A stretch of DNA of 63,954 bases, filler included, from Candidatus Eiseniibacteriota bacterium (GCA_043809585.1; 5 parts of 5 records of this genome joined end to end with filler, not necessarily neighbours in it); one strand, 5' to 3'. Shown: positions 40,332 through 52,016, counted from the first letter of the whole stretch. The notes: generated by a model not told the origin, from the sequence alone. Numbers and translations are program-made.

Positions 40332-41435
40332 ATGACGAACCGTGGCACCCCGCGGGGAAAACTGGAAAAACTGGCCCGAAAGGAGTCCGTCTACTGGATC
40401 CTCTCGGCGGTGCTGCTCACGCTCCTCTCGGGAGTGGTGATCGTCCAGTTCCTCACGGCGGAGGTCGAATTCGGTGACGATTTCTTCTCCCTCGCCCATG
40501 ACCGGCACACCCTCGCCATCGGCCTCCCGGGGCTCGTGATTCTCTTCTGCCTTTACGTCACGATGAAGCGCCGGGAGATCTCGCGGCTGAAGACGACCCT
40601 CTACGACCAGCGGGCCCTGCTCGGGCGCCTAGAGGAGAGGACCCGGGAATTGGAGAAGACCCTCGAGGAGCTGACCCGGGTGAGCCGTCTGAAGGACAAC
40701 CTTCTCGGTACGGTCTCCCACGAGCTGCAGACGCCCCTCACGTCGATCCACTCGGTGGCCCAGCTCCTGATGAAGTACGGAAACGACCCCGAGAGCTCCC
40801 ACGAGGACTTCTACAAGATCATCTACAACGAGACGAAACGGCTCTCGTCCCTCGTCGACAATCTGCTCGACCTCGCGCGGATCGAGTCGGGCAAGATGGT
40901 GTGGGAACTCTCCGTCCTGGAGCCGAAGGAGATCATCCGCGCCGCCGTCGCCCTCTCGTCCCTGATCGCCCGAGAGCGGAAGATTGCGCTGCGGGAAGAG
41001 ACGGCGGCCCCCCTCCCGCCGGTCCTCGTCGACCGGGACCGGATGGTCCAGGTCATGATGAACCTGATCGGCAACGCCCTCAAGTTCACGCCCCCACGAG
41101 GCCTCATTACCCTGTCGGCGGCGGTGGAGAAGAGCGGCGACCGGGGGGAGTGGGTCCGCTTCTCCGTGCGCGACACCGGCCCCGGCGTTCCCGAGGCGGA
41201 GCGGGAACGCGTCTTCGAGTGGTTCCACCAGGCGCCCGGCGAGGGCGGCGGCAAGATCCCCGGCACGGGGCTCGGCCTCGCCATCTGCCGGGAAATCGTG
41301 GAGCACTTCGGCGGGCGCATCTGGGTCGAGAACGCCCCCGGGGGAGGGGCCGAGTTCCTTTTCACCGTTCCCGTCACGAAGCTCGCCACCGTCGATCCGG
41401 TTCCGGACATGACCCGCGACAAAGCCCTCGTCTAG
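40332..41435 (+). CDS. Membrane sensor histidine kinase
   Basis: 2 TM; SHELQTPL, NLIGNALKF, DTGPG, GTGLGL. Confidence 0.95.
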   Translation: MTNRGTPRGKLEKLARKESVYWILSAVLLTLLSGVVIVQFLTAEVEFGDDFFSLAHDRHTLAIGLPGLVILFCLYVTMKRREISRLKTTLYDQRALLGRLEERTRELEKTLEELTRVSRLKDNLLGTVSHELQTPLTSIHSVAQLLMKYGNDPESSHEDFYKIIYNETKRLSSLVDNLLDLARIESGKMVWELSVLEPKEIIRAAVALSSLIARERKIALREETAAPLPPVLVDRDRMVQVMMNLIGNALKFTPPRGLITLSAAVEKSGDRGEWVRFSVRDTGPGVPEAERERVFEWFHQAPGEGGGKIPGTGLGLAICREIVEHFGGRIWVENAPGGGAEFLFTVPVTKLATVDPVPDMTRDKALV

Positions 41436-41551
41436 CCGGCTAGCCGATCCGGACGGTGCGTCCGGCGATCTGCTATGCTCCCGTTGCTCCACCGAGGGGG
41501 CGGAGAAGGCGAGGGGGGCCGCGGCATCGGGCTGAACGGAGGCGAACGGGA

Positions 41552-42310
41552 ATGACCGGAAACGATCCTCTCGAGCGCGTCGACTATCGGCGCTTCGTGG
41601 CGTGGAAGGCGCGCATCGAGCGGGAACTCCCCTTCCTCCGGGAGATCTTCGGGCGGCCGGGCCTCCCCATCCTCGATGTGGGATGCGCGACGGGGGAGCA
41701 CTCGGCGGCCCTCGCGGCGGAGGGGCACGCCGTCGTCGGCCTCGACCTGTCGGAAAGCTTGATCCGTCAGGCCCGGGAGGCCCACGACCGGCCCCGTTTC
41801 GTGCGGGGGGACATGACCGCCCTCCCCTTTCGCGGGGAGGGGATCCTCGGCGGCGCCCTCTCCGTGGGGAACACCCTGGCCTACCCGCTCGGCGACGACC
41901 GTCACCTGGCCCTCTTCGCCGCCCTTCGCCGGCATCTCGCGCCGGGAGCCCCCTTTCTGATTCAGATCCTGAACTACCACCGGATCCGGGAGAAGGGGAT
42001 CCGCCATCTTCCGCTCAATTTCCGGAAGACCGAGGGGGGCGAGGCTCTCTATCTGCGAATTCTCGATCCGATCGACGACGACCGGATCCGATTCGAAATG
42101 CTGACTCTCGAGCGGCGCCCGGACCAAGGGGAGACCCGGATCGTGGACCGGACCGAAACGGTCCATCGCTCCCTCCGCCACGGGGAGCTGGTCGGTTTCC
42201 TCCGGGAGGCGGGATTCGGTGAGGTGGAGCTTTTCGGAAATTACGGAGGCGACCCGTACGAACCTCTGGAATCGCCGGACGTCATCGTCGTCGCCCGCGC
42301 TCCCGAGTAG
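41552..42310 (+). CDS. Class I SAM-dependent methyltransferase
   Basis: LDVGCATG, GLDLS, GDM, L.PG. Confidence 0.9.
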   Translation: MTGNDPLERVDYRRFVAWKARIERELPFLREIFGRPGLPILDVGCATGEHSAALAAEGHAVVGLDLSESLIRQAREAHDRPRFVRGDMTALPFRGEGILGGALSVGNTLAYPLGDDRHLALFAALRRHLAPGAPFLIQILNYHRIREKGIRHLPLNFRKTEGGEALYLRILDPIDDDRIRFEMLTLERRPDQGETRIVDRTETVHRSLRHGELVGFLREAGFGEVELFGNYGGDPYEPLESPDVIVVARAPE

Positions 42311-42413
42311 GTTCTACCGGGAGGGGTAATCGCGGGCGACACTCCCTTTTCCGGAGCATGCGGAAATGACTAGAATCAGAGATCGGCTCTTGGCCAACGG
42401 ACGGGAGGCCCTC

Positions 42414-43937
42414 ATGAATCGGATTGGGATCCTCATCACACTTCTCTTCCTCCCCGGATGGGCCGGGGCGGGGGGAGGGACGGTCACGATCTTTCACACG
42501 AACGATCTGCACGGGGCGTTCACCGCAGAGCCGGCGAGCTGGCGGGACGACAAGGCGCCGGTGGGCGGGTTCGAGGCGATCGCCGGGACGATTCGCCGGG
42601 AGCGGGCGAATTCGGCGGCGTCCCTCTGGCTCGACGCGGGCGATTTCATGACGGGCACCCCCCTCTCCGACATCGAGCACGGCGGGGCGAAGGGGGGGGC
42701 GATCGTCGAGTTCTATAACCGGGCGGGTCTCGACGCCATGACGATCGGGAACCACGAGTTCGACCAATCGCTGGAGAACCTGCGGGCGCTCATCGCCGCC
42801 GCCGAGTTTCCCGTCCTCGCCGCGAACCTGAGCTACACCCTCGGCGGTTCCCTCTTCACCGGGAAGGCGTACGAGATCTTCGAGACCGGCGGCATCCGGG
42901 TCGCCGTCATCGGGATCACAACCGAGGAATTGGCCGGCCTCGTGAGCGCCGACAAGCGGGATGTCCTCTCCATCGCGGGGGGGGCGGAGACCCTCCGGGC
43001 TCTCCTTCCGGAAGTGGACGGGAAGAGCGACCTCGTCGTGGTCCTCTCCCACGAGGGGATCGACATCGACCGCGTCCTCGCCCGGGAGGTGGAGGGGATC
43101 GACGTGATCGTCGGCGGCCACAGCCATACCCGCCTCCCCGAAGGGGAGTGGGTGAATGGGGTGCTGATCCTCCAAGCCGGGTCGGAGGGCCGGTACATCG
43201 GGCGGGCCGACCTTGTCGTGGAGAACGACGCCCTCGCCTCCGCCGACTGCCGCCTCGTGCCGGCGCTCGCCGGAGAAGCGGAGCCGGACGGGGCGATCAG
43301 AGAACTCGTCCGGGGGTACGAAAAGAAGATCGACGAGCAGTTCGGGGCGGTCATCGCCGAGGCCCCCCGCCCCCTCGGGCGGTGTTACTACTGCGAAAGC
43401 GATCTCGGCAACTGGCTGACGGACCGGATGCGGGAGTTCGCCGGAACCGACATCGCCCTCCTGAACAGCGGCGGCATCCGGCAGGACATGGACGCCGGGC
43501 CGGTCACGAAACTCGACATCCAGGGGATCCTCCCCTTCACGAACATGCTCTGCCGCTTCACGGCCACCGGCGAGGAGATCGCCGCCATCGCCCTCCACAA
43601 CGCCCGGGCCGAGGCGACCGAAGACCACGGGATCCTGCAGATCTCGGGGCTGACCTACTCCTGGTACCGGCAGGGGGACGACGTGAAGACCCACGTGGTG
43701 CTCGTCGGGGGGAGGCTGTTGGACCCGAAGGCGACCTACTCGGTGGCGTCGGTGGACTTCGTCGCCCGGAGCCAGGCCGACAAGTACCTCGGAATCACTC
43801 CCGAGACGGTGGAAGACCTCGGGGCAACCCTGACCAGCGTGATCATGAAGGAGGCGGAGCGCCTCGGCCGGGTGGAACTGGAGCCGGACGACCGGGTCCA
43901 GCGGGTCGAGATCGACTACGCCGCCCCGCGGCGGTAG
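42414..43937 (+). CDS. Secreted 5'-nucleotidase/metallophosphoesterase
   Basis: HTNDLHG, DAGD, GNHEFD, SHEG, GGHSH, NSGGIR, PF.N. Confidence 0.95.
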   Translation: MNRIGILITLLFLPGWAGAGGGTVTIFHTNDLHGAFTAEPASWRDDKAPVGGFEAIAGTIRRERANSAASLWLDAGDFMTGTPLSDIEHGGAKGGAIVEFYNRAGLDAMTIGNHEFDQSLENLRALIAAAEFPVLAANLSYTLGGSLFTGKAYEIFETGGIRVAVIGITTEELAGLVSADKRDVLSIAGGAETLRALLPEVDGKSDLVVVLSHEGIDIDRVLAREVEGIDVIVGGHSHTRLPEGEWVNGVLILQAGSEGRYIGRADLVVENDALASADCRLVPALAGEAEPDGAIRELVRGYEKKIDEQFGAVIAEAPRPLGRCYYCESDLGNWLTDRMREFAGTDIALLNSGGIRQDMDAGPVTKLDIQGILPFTNMLCRFTATGEEIAAIALHNARAEATEDHGILQISGLTYSWYRQGDDVKTHVVLVGGRLLDPKATYSVASVDFVARSQADKYLGITPETVEDLGATLTSVIMKEAERLGRVELEPDDRVQRVEIDYAAPRR

Positions 43938-43967
43938 TCCAGACCTCGTCCGAAGCCTATCGGAACG

Positions 43968-44273
43968 AAATTCGGGGGGAAATTCGGGGACGATACTTAT
44001 GACCGGTATTCGGTCCCCGGGATTGTTCTTCCGTTGCCTGTAATAAGTACCGTGTCCCCGGATTTCGGTCCTGTAATAAGTATCGTGTCCCCGAATTGCC
44101 GATAATTGTCATCCCCGCGAAGGCGGGGATCCATCCGGTTCCTCGCTCGGGTGCCCCGGCCGTTCCGCCCTTCCAAATTCCCCGCACGGGGTGCTTTCAT
44201 TCGACAGAATTTCGGAATTGGATTTCCTGGATCCGCCCCCCGCCTTTGCGGGGGCATGCTTCGCGGGGATGAC
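43968..44273. repeat. REP-like palindrome cluster
   Basis: GGGGAC...GTCCCCG units, CCTGTAATAAGTA.CGTGTCCCCG twice, inverted GTCATCCCCGCGAAGGCGGGGATCCA pair 44108-44273. Confidence 0.75.
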
Positions 44274-44401
44274 ATTGTATTCCCTACCGGACATGGGAAC
44301 CGCTCGATGAGGGGCATGTCGGACCACCACCGACTTTCCGTGGTGCAGAGGAGGAGTCCGAGAAGAGTAGAACTTCGGAATGAGCGGCGACGGGGATCGG
44401 C

Positions 44402-45097
44402 TCAAAACCCTCGACGTTTCTTCCGCGACTTCGGCTTCGATTTCGGCTTGGCCCGTTTCTGCTTCGCCTCGAACTTCTCCCGCCGCTCCTCCTTCTTCGG
44501 GCCCTGCTGAACCGCCGGGCGTTTCTGTTTCGGAGTTTTCGGTTTCGGCGGCGCGGCCTTGACCGTCCGCGGCGGCGAGGCGGTCGCCTCCCTCGCGGCC
44601 GGGACTTCTTCCCCCTCCCCCCGCCCCAACATCTCTTCGTGAAGCGCCTCGATCTCGTCCGCCGAGAACCGGTGCTCCTTGTCGGGCCCCGGCGGCCTCC
44701 GGACCAACTCCCGGTAGAACTCCGCCGGATCGACCACCCGGGCGCCGAGCTCCTCCACCGAACGGGCGAGTTCCTTGTCCCCCGTCACGACGGTGACCGA
44801 GTCCGCCCGCAGGGAAGCGTCCATCGCCTCGTGGAGGATCAGATCGTCCGCCTCCGCCGGCGGGTCGGAGAACCGCACCCGGAGGGGACCCTCATCCCGG
44901 CTCTCCGGATGGCTTCCCTCGAATCGCCTGCCGTCGTAGACGAGCCGGACCGCCATGTCCCCTTCCCGCTCCGCCCAGGCGAGGATCAGCGTTTCCGCCT
45001 CCTTCCTGGACGCCCGCTTCCCATCGAAGTCGACTCGCTCCGCGAGGGAGCGGACCCCCAGTATCAGATTATGCCCGTCGATCACCGTGATTCTCAT
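44402..45097 (-). CDS. NYN (YacP-like) PIN-fold nuclease with basic tail
   Basis: IDGHNL, VYDG, EADDLI, VVTGD.EL. Confidence 0.85.
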   Translation of the reverse strand: MRITVIDGHNLILGVRSLAERVDFDGKRASRKEAETLILAWAEREGDMAVRLVYDGRRFEGSHPESRDEGPLRVRFSDPPAEADDLILHEAMDASLRADSVTVVTGDKELARSVEELGARVVDPAEFYRELVRRPPGPDKEHRFSADEIEALHEEMLGRGEGEEVPAAREATASPPRTVKAAPPKPKTPKQKRPAVQQGPKKEERREKFEAKQKRAKPKSKPKSRKKRRGF

Positions 45098-45200
45098 GAC
45101 ACCTCCCGGCGATGGCCGGGCCCGATCCTTTCATCTCCGGCCCCACCTTGTCAAGAGACCGGGGCCGGGGAACCATAACCGAGAGAACGCCATAACTTAA

Positions 45201-45387
45201 CCTTGATTCTCCATAAAATCTCGAGAGCAAACGCGTGAGAGTGCGCCAGATGCGGCAGCGCGCAGCATTCACCAAGCAGAGCATATCCAACGATATGTGA
45301 GCATTGGTGAATGCGAGCACTGTCGTAGATGGCGTGCTATCATGCGAGCGTCAGCGTTTTGAGCCGAGATTTTATGGAGAATCAAGG
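45201..45387. mobile_element. MITE family A, copy 2 (187 bp)
   Basis: 23-bp perfect TIR CCTTGATTCTCCATAAAATCTCG; TTAA on both sides. Confidence 0.88.
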
Positions 45388-45622
45388 TTAATGCGATGCC
45401 TTTGATTGAATCTCCATAAGCCCGGTTAATAGCTAAGGACCGTGATTTCTTCTTGAAATCACCCGCTAGAAGACATATTTTACGGAGGTTAATCATCGAC
45501 CGTGACGGGCCTCTCGGGCAGACCATTCGAAATACGACGGCACCCCCCGACCGCTCGATCGCGGAATCTCGACGTCTCGTGACGCCCACCCGGCACCGGC
45601 GGAGCGTGACAACGACCGGGAC

Positions 45623-46291
45623 ATGACCAAAGATTCATCGAAGGCGCCCTGGCTCTTTCCGAAGTGGGTGAACACGCTGCGGCCCGTCATCGCCGTCGCC
45701 CTCGTCGGTGGGCCCCTCTATGTCGTGACTCTCGTCTATTACGGGAACTCGGCCCAGGCGACCCGGATCGGGTACGAGCCCGAGCAGCCGGTCGACTACA
45801 GCCACGCCCTCCACGCCGGGGACCTCGGCATCGACTGCCGCTACTGCCACACCACGGTGGAGGACAACGCCCTCGCGGCCCTCCCCCCCACCCAGACCTG
45901 CATGAACTGCCACTCCGCCATCCGGACGAATAGCCCGAAGATCCTCCCCGTGGCCGAGAGCTACTCCACGGGAATGCCCGTCAAGTGGATCCGGGTCCAC
46001 GATCTTCCCGACTTCGTCTATTTCAATCACAGCGCCCACGTGAGCCGGGGCGTCGGATGCGTCTCCTGCCACGGCCGGGTGGACAAGATGGAGAAGGTGT
46101 TCCAGACCCAACCCCTGACCATGGGATGGTGCCTCGACTGCCACCGTTCGCCGGACGCCCGTCTCCGTCCCCCCGAGTTCGCCACCTCCATGGACTGGGC
46201 GCCCGAGGAGGACCCGGCCGAGTTCGGCCGGCGCTTCCGGGAAACGAATCACATTCAACCGCCGACGGACTGCTCCACATGTCATCGATGA
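45623..46291 (+). CDS. actA: Alternative complex III pentaheme cytochrome
   Basis: One TM plus five CxxCH; P.QP..YSH..H, LPDFVYFNHS.H. Confidence 0.93.
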   Translation: MTKDSSKAPWLFPKWVNTLRPVIAVALVGGPLYVVTLVYYGNSAQATRIGYEPEQPVDYSHALHAGDLGIDCRYCHTTVEDNALAALPPTQTCMNCHSAIRTNSPKILPVAESYSTGMPVKWIRVHDLPDFVYFNHSAHVSRGVGCVSCHGRVDKMEKVFQTQPLTMGWCLDCHRSPDARLRPPEFATSMDWAPEEDPAEFGRRFRETNHIQPPTDCSTCHR

Positions 46292-49200
46292 ACCACCCGG
46301 AACCGGAGAAGAAGATGGGCGCGGAGAGCTCCATGGAAAACGGGTACTGGCGGAGCCTCGGCGAGCTGGCGGACACCCCGGAGTACCGGGAGATGCTCGC
46401 CCGCGAGTTCCCCGAGGGGGCCGCGGACACGCCCGGGCCTTTCTCGCGGCGCCGCTTCCTCCAACTCATGAGCGCCTCCGTCGCCCTCGCCGGGTTCTCC
46501 GGATGCCGGTGGCCAAAGGAGGAGATCGTCCCCTACGCCCACCGCCCCGAGGGGGTGACCCCCGGCGTGGCGCGGCGGTTCGCCACCTCCCGGAACGGGG
46601 GGGGATACGCGCGGGCCCTGGTCGTGACGAGCTACGACGGGCGCCCGGTCAAGGTCGAGGGGAACGGTCTCGATCCGGTCGGCCGGGGGGCCACGAACGC
46701 CCACGATCAGGCGATGGTCCTCGGCCTCTACGACCCGGACCGGAGCCGCACCCTGATCCGGCGGCAGGGGGGCCAGGAGGTCTCCGCCGGATGGGACGAG
46801 TTCGTCTCCTGGGCGGAGGGGCATTTCGGGTCCCTCCGGACCGCCCGCGGCGAGGGCCTCTACGTCCTCGCCGAACCTTCCTCGTCGATCGTTCTCGGGG
46901 CGGCCTTCTCGCGGCTCCAGAAGGCGATGCCGTCCACCCGCTTCTTCGAGTGGGACCCCCTCTCCCGGGACGGCGAGCGGGAGGGGGCGCGGCTCGTCTT
47001 CGGGCGCCCCCTCCGGCCGCGGATCTCCCTGGACCGGGCGGACGTGATTCTCGCCCTGGACGCCGACCTCTTCGGCGATCATCCGGAAGGGCTTCGTCTC
47101 TCCCGGGAGTTCGCCGGCGGCCGGCGGGTCGAGGAAGAGCGGATGAACCGCCTCTACTCGGTCGAGAGCGTTCCGTCCATCACCGGATCCATGGCGGACC
47201 ACCGCCTCCCCCTGGAGTCGGGGCGGATCGGCGCCTTCGCCCTCGCCCTCGCGGCGGAGATGGTGCACGGGATCGGCGTCGAGGCGGACGATTCGATCGG
47301 GCGCGCCCTCGCGGGTCGGAAGGAAGATTATTCTTTCCCGGCCCGGTTCCTGGGCGTCCTCGCGAAGGACCTGGCGGAGCACCGGGGCCGCTCGGTGATC
47401 GCCGCCGGTCCCCGGCAGCCGGAAGAGACGCACGCCGCGGTCTGGATGCTGAACTCCCTCCTCGAGAACGTGGGTAAGACCGTGACCGCCGAAGGCGTCG
47501 CCGATCCGGACCGGCCCTCCCACACCGCGGCGATCCGGACCCTTGCCCGGGATCTCGAGGCGGGGAAGGTCCGGACCCTTCTCGTTCTCGGCGGGAACCC
47601 GGCCTACGACGCCCCCGCCGATCTCCGCTTCGCCGAGCTTCTCGGGAAGGCCGGCACGAGCGTTCACCTCTCCACCCATCGGGACGAGACCTCCCGTCTC
47701 TGCACATGGCACCTGCACCGGGCCCACGATCTCGAGACGTGGGACATCGGCCTCGGGGCGGACGGCTCGACCACCGCCTCCCAACCGCTCATCGAGCCGC
47801 TTTACGGGGGCAGGACCCCCGCCGAGATCGTGTCTCTCGCCTCGGGCGATCCGAACCGGAAGGCGTACGACCTGGCCCGGGAAGCGGCGGCGCACCGGAT
47901 CGCGGCCCCGGGCGAAGACTTCGAGAAGGCGTGGCGCCGTCTCCTTCACGACGGCGTTCTCCCCGTGGAGAGGGCGCCCTCCGAGGCGGTGCCGAGCGCC
48001 GCCCGCCTGGCCGACGCCGTCTCCCCCGTTTCCGCCGGCGCCCCGGAAGGGGGCGACCGCTACGAGATCGTCTTCCTCGCCGGTCCGAGCACCGGCGACG
48101 GGCGGTTCGCGAACAATCCGTGGCTGCAGGAGACGCCCGACCCGATGACGAAGATCACCTGGGACAACGCGGCGATTCTGGGTCCGGCGGCGGCGAAGGC
48201 CCTCGGGGTGAAGACGGAAGAGGGGATCCGCGTCGAGCGGGACGGCCGGGAACTGGAGCTTCCCGTCTACATTCTCCCCGGCGTCGCGAGGCGGACCATC
48301 GCCCTTCCCCTCGGCTACGGCCGGACGGCGGCGGGGCGTGTGGGGAACGGCGTCGGCGCGGACACCTACCGGATCCGGACGGCCGGCGCCCCCTGGATCG
48401 CCCCGGACGCCGGCCTCGCCCGCACGGGCCGGAATCACGAGCTCGCCGCGACCCAGGACCACCACCTGATCGACGACCGGGGGGCCCGGGAGCGGGAAGG
48501 ACGCATCGGCTCCCTCGTGCGGGAGGTGGAGGCGGCCGACTACATCCGCGACCCGGAGCGCGCGATGCCCCGCGGGCACCACCCTCCCCTCGAATCGCTC
48601 TGGAAAGAGCATGCCTACTCGGGACACAGTTGGGGGATGACGATCGACCTGAACGCCTGCACCGGGTGCAGCGCATGCGTCGTCGCCTGCCAGGCGGAGA
48701 ACAACATCCCCGTGGTCGGCAAGGAGCAGGTGCGGAGACAGCGGGAGATGAGCTGGATCCGGATCGACCGCTACTTCAAGGGAGATCCGGACGATCCGGA
48801 AATGGTCCACCAGCCGGTGGCGTGCGTGCACTGCGAGATGGCTCCCTGCGAGCAGGTCTGCCCCGTGGCGGCGACGGTCCACACCGGCGAGGGGCTGAAC
48901 GCGATGGTCTACAACCGCTGCATCGGCACCCGCTACTGCTCGAACAACTGCCCGTACAAGGTGCGGCGATTCAACTTTTTCGACTATCGGAAGAACTTGG
49001 AACCGACGGAGAAGATGGTCTTCAATCCCGAGGTGACCGTGCGGACCCGGGGGGTCATGGAGAAGTGCACGTACTGCGTGCAGCGGATCGAGGCGGGCAA
49101 GATCGCGGCGAAGAACGAGAAACGCCCGGTCCGGGACGGCGAGATCACGCCGGCCTGCGCCGGGGCGTGCCCGACGAAGGCGATCGTCTTCGGCGACCTG

Positions 49201-49362
49201 AACGACCCGGAGAGCCGGGTGGCGAAGCAGACCGGATCGCACCGCGCCTACGGCATGCTCGCGGAGCTGAACATCAAGCCCCACACGAACTATCTCGCCC
49301 GGGTCCGGAACCGGAACCCGGAGCTGACGGAGAAGGGCGGCCATGAGCCGAGCCACGGGTAG
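46288..49362 (+). CDS. actB: Alternative complex III molybdopterin-fold/Fe-S subunit
   Basis: YWRSL, Tat SRRRFL, lipobox FSGC, C-terminal CTGCSAC/CVHC/CIGTRYC/CTYC. Confidence 0.93.
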   Translation: MNHPEPEKKMGAESSMENGYWRSLGELADTPEYREMLAREFPEGAADTPGPFSRRRFLQLMSASVALAGFSGCRWPKEEIVPYAHRPEGVTPGVARRFATSRNGGGYARALVVTSYDGRPVKVEGNGLDPVGRGATNAHDQAMVLGLYDPDRSRTLIRRQGGQEVSAGWDEFVSWAEGHFGSLRTARGEGLYVLAEPSSSIVLGAAFSRLQKAMPSTRFFEWDPLSRDGEREGARLVFGRPLRPRISLDRADVILALDADLFGDHPEGLRLSREFAGGRRVEEERMNRLYSVESVPSITGSMADHRLPLESGRIGAFALALAAEMVHGIGVEADDSIGRALAGRKEDYSFPARFLGVLAKDLAEHRGRSVIAAGPRQPEETHAAVWMLNSLLENVGKTVTAEGVADPDRPSHTAAIRTLARDLEAGKVRTLLVLGGNPAYDAPADLRFAELLGKAGTSVHLSTHRDETSRLCTWHLHRAHDLETWDIGLGADGSTTASQPLIEPLYGGRTPAEIVSLASGDPNRKAYDLAREAAAHRIAAPGEDFEKAWRRLLHDGVLPVERAPSEAVPSAARLADAVSPVSAGAPEGGDRYEIVFLAGPSTGDGRFANNPWLQETPDPMTKITWDNAAILGPAAAKALGVKTEEGIRVERDGRELELPVYILPGVARRTIALPLGYGRTAAGRVGNGVGADTYRIRTAGAPWIAPDAGLARTGRNHELAATQDHHLIDDRGAREREGRIGSLVREVEAADYIRDPERAMPRGHHPPLESLWKEHAYSGHSWGMTIDLNACTGCSACVVACQAENNIPVVGKEQVRRQREMSWIRIDRYFKGDPDDPEMVHQPVACVHCEMAPCEQVCPVAATVHTGEGLNAMVYNRCIGTRYCSNNCPYKVRRFNFFDYRKNLEPTEKMVFNPEVTVRTRGVMEKCTYCVQRIEAGKIAAKNEKRPVRDGEITPACAGACPTKAIVFGDLNDPESRVAKQTGSHRAYGMLAELNIKPHTNYLARVRNRNPELTEKGGHEPSHG

Positions 49363-50821
49363 CAAGGAGGAGATCGCGGCGGCGGAAGCGTACGTGAAGG
49401 GGGCCCCCCTCCTCGCGGGGGACCACGACTTCGCGTGGGTCACCGAAACCGTCTGCTCCATCGTCGAGAAGCCCCGTCCCCCCCGGGCGTGGTACATCGC
49501 CTTCGGCGTCTCCGTCATGTTCACGGGGGTCCTCTTCGCGATGATCGGCTACCTGCTCCTCGAGGGGGTCGGCGTCTGGGGCGTCAACGTTCCCGTGGCG
49601 TGGGGATTCGCGATCGTCAACTTCGTCTTCTGGGTCGGCATCGGCCACGCGGGCACTCTCATCTCGGCGATCCTCTTCCTCTTCCGGCAGAAGTGGCGGA
49701 CGGGCGTCAACCGGTTCGCCGAGGCGATGACCATCTTCGCCGTCGTCTGCGCCGGGCTCTTTCCGGCGATCCACGTCGGGCGGGTCTGGGTAGTCTACTG
49801 GATGTTCCCCGTCCCCATGAGCCTGAAGATGTGGCCCAACTTCCGGAGCCCCCTCCTCTGGGACGTCTTCGCCGTCAGCACCTACATGCTCGTCTCCCTC
49901 ATGTTCTGGTACATGGGGATGATCCCCGATCTCGCGAGCCTCCGGGACCGGGCGGCGACGAAGATCCGCCGCTTCCTCTACGGCCTCTTCAGCCTCGGGT
50001 GGCGGGGCTCGAACCGGCAGTGGCAGCGCTACGAGAAGGCGTACCTCCTCCTCGCCGCCCTCGCCGCCCCCCTCGTGCTCTCGGTGCACTCCATCGTCTC
50101 CTTCGACTTCGCCGTCTCCCAGCTCCCCGGCTGGCACACCACGATCTTCCCCCCCTACTTCGTGGCGGGCGCCGTCTTCAGCGGCTTCGCCATGGTCCTC
50201 ATGCTGATCCTCCCCGCCCGGGAGTGGTTCGGCCTGAAGGACCTCGTGACGATGCGGCACATCGAGAACATGGCGAAGATCATCCTCGCCACGGGAAGCA
50301 TGGTCGGCTACGCCTACATGATCGAGTTCTTCATCGCCTGGTACGGCGGGAACGGTTACGAGAAGTTCGCCTTCCTGAACCGGGCCCTCGGCCCCTACGC
50401 CTGGGCGTACTGGATCATGGCGACCTGCAACGTCGTGGTGCCCCAGTTCTTCTGGTTCCGGAAGCTCCGGCGGTCGATCCCCTTCCTCATGGTCGCCACG
50501 GCGCTCGTCAACGTCGGGATGTGGTTCGAGCGGTACGTGATCGTCGTGACCTCTCTCTCCCGGGACTACCTCCCGTCGAGCTGGGGGCACTACACGCCGA
50601 CCTGGGTCGACGCGCTCACGCTTCTGGGCAGCTTCGGCCTCTTCTTCACGCTCTTCCTCCTCTTCATCCGCTACCTCCCCATGGTGGCGATGGCGGAGGT
50701 GAAGAGCGTGATGCCGGGGGCCCATCTCGAGCGCGACGTGCACCGCGGGCTCGGCGACTACTGGGGCACGATTCCGGGGCAGCACAGGAAGCAGTTCGGC
50801 GACCTGGAGGCGAAGAAATGA
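49343..50821 (+). CDS. actC: Alternative complex III NrfD-like quinol-binding subunit
   Basis: [47 protein letters not shown]. Confidence 0.95.
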   Translation: MSRATGSKEEIAAAEAYVKGAPLLAGDHDFAWVTETVCSIVEKPRPPRAWYIAFGVSVMFTGVLFAMIGYLLLEGVGVWGVNVPVAWGFAIVNFVFWVGIGHAGTLISAILFLFRQKWRTGVNRFAEAMTIFAVVCAGLFPAIHVGRVWVVYWMFPVPMSLKMWPNFRSPLLWDVFAVSTYMLVSLMFWYMGMIPDLASLRDRAATKIRRFLYGLFSLGWRGSNRQWQRYEKAYLLLAALAAPLVLSVHSIVSFDFAVSQLPGWHTTIFPPYFVAGAVFSGFAMVLMLILPAREWFGLKDLVTMRHIENMAKIILATGSMVGYAYMIEFFIAWYGGNGYEKFAFLNRALGPYAWAYWIMATCNVVVPQFFWFRKLRRSIPFLMVATALVNVGMWFERYVIVVTSLSRDYLPSSWGHYTPTWVDALTLLGSFGLFFTLFLLFIRYLPMVAMAEVKSVMPGAHLERDVHRGLGDYWGTIPGQHRKQFGDLEAKK

Positions 50822-51360
50822 GCGGCGGGGAGAAGAAAATCTACGGCCTGCTCGCCGAGTTCGAGAGCGTCGAAGACCTCCTCGCGGGGGCCGAGAAGGT
50901 GCGGGACGGAGGCTACACGAAGTGGGACGCCCACACGCCTTTCCCGGTGCACGGCCTGGACGACGCCATGGGTCTCGGGGCGACGAAGCTCCCCTTCCTG
51001 GTCTTCGGCGCGGGGATGACCGGCCTCCTGGCCGGGCTCGGCCTCCAGTGGTTCACGAACGCCTTCGACTACAAGCTGATCATCAGCGGAAAGCCGTTCT
51101 TCGGAATCCCGGCGAACATCCCGATCACCTTCGAGGTGACGGTCCTCCTCTCGGCGCTCACCGCCTTCGTCGGCATGCTGGCGCTGAACGACCTCCCCCT
51201 CTGGCACCACTCGCTCTTCAAGAGCGACCGGTTCCGGCGGGTTACGGCGGACCGATTCTTCATTTCCGTGGAGGCGGAGGACCCGAAGTTCGACGCCGCG
51301 GCCACCAAGGCGCTGCTCGTCTCCCTGAAAGGGGCGACGGTCGAGGAGGTGGAGGAGTGA
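50818..51360 (+). CDS. actD: Alternative complex III subunit D (DUF3341)
   Basis: [21 protein letters not shown]. Confidence 0.92.
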   Translation: MSGGEKKIYGLLAEFESVEDLLAGAEKVRDGGYTKWDAHTPFPVHGLDDAMGLGATKLPFLVFGAGMTGLLAGLGLQWFTNAFDYKLIISGKPFFGIPANIPITFEVTVLLSALTAFVGMLALNDLPLWHHSLFKSDRFRRVTADRFFISVEAEDPKFDAAATKALLVSLKGATVEEVEE

Positions 51361-52004
51361 ACATACCCCGCTGGTTCTGGCCGACGGTGATTATTATGGT
51401 CGCCCTCTCGTGGATCCCCCTCGCGGTGATCGCGAAGAACCGGGCGTCGAAGCAGGAGACGCCCCGGGCCCAATTCATCCCGGACATGGACCAGCAGCCG
51501 AAGTTCAAGGCCCAGCAGGCGAACCCGCTCTTCGCGGACGGCCGGGCCATGCGCCCCGAACCGCCGGGGACCGTGGCGCGGGGCGAGCTCCGCGAGGACG
51601 ACGCCGTCTACCGCGGGAAGGAGAGCGGCGCGTGGGTCCAAGAGATCCCGGTGCCCGTCACGGACCGGCTCATGAAGCGGGGGCGGGAGCGGTTCGACAT
51701 CTTCTGCGCCCCCTGCCACGGCCTGGACGGCGCCGGGAGCGGGATCATCTCGGCCCGGGCGGAGGCCCTCCAGGAGGGGACGTGGATCCCTCCGGTATCG
51801 TACCACTCGGACCAGATCCGGGAGTGGCCGGCGGGGCACATCTTCAACACGATCACGAACGGAATCCGGAGCATGCCCGCCTACGGGCCCCCGATTCCGG
51901 CGGACGACCGATGGGGGATCGTGGCGTATCTCCGGGCCCTGCAGAGGAGCCGGAATGCCGCGATCGACGACGTGCCGCCCGGCATGCGCGGCAAACTCCG
52001 TTGA
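51357..52004 (+). CDS. actE: Alternative complex III monoheme cytochrome
   Basis: DMD.QPK, R...GTVARG, CAPCH, MP.Y, RW.IV.Y.RALQ. Confidence 0.9.
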   Translation: MNIPRWFWPTVIIMVALSWIPLAVIAKNRASKQETPRAQFIPDMDQQPKFKAQQANPLFADGRAMRPEPPGTVARGELREDDAVYRGKESGAWVQEIPVPVTDRLMKRGRERFDIFCAPCHGLDGAGSGIISARAEALQEGTWIPPVSYHSDQIREWPAGHIFNTITNGIRSMPAYGPPIPADDRWGIVAYLRALQRSRNAAIDDVPPGMRGKLR

Positions 52005-52016
52005 GGTAGGACGAGC

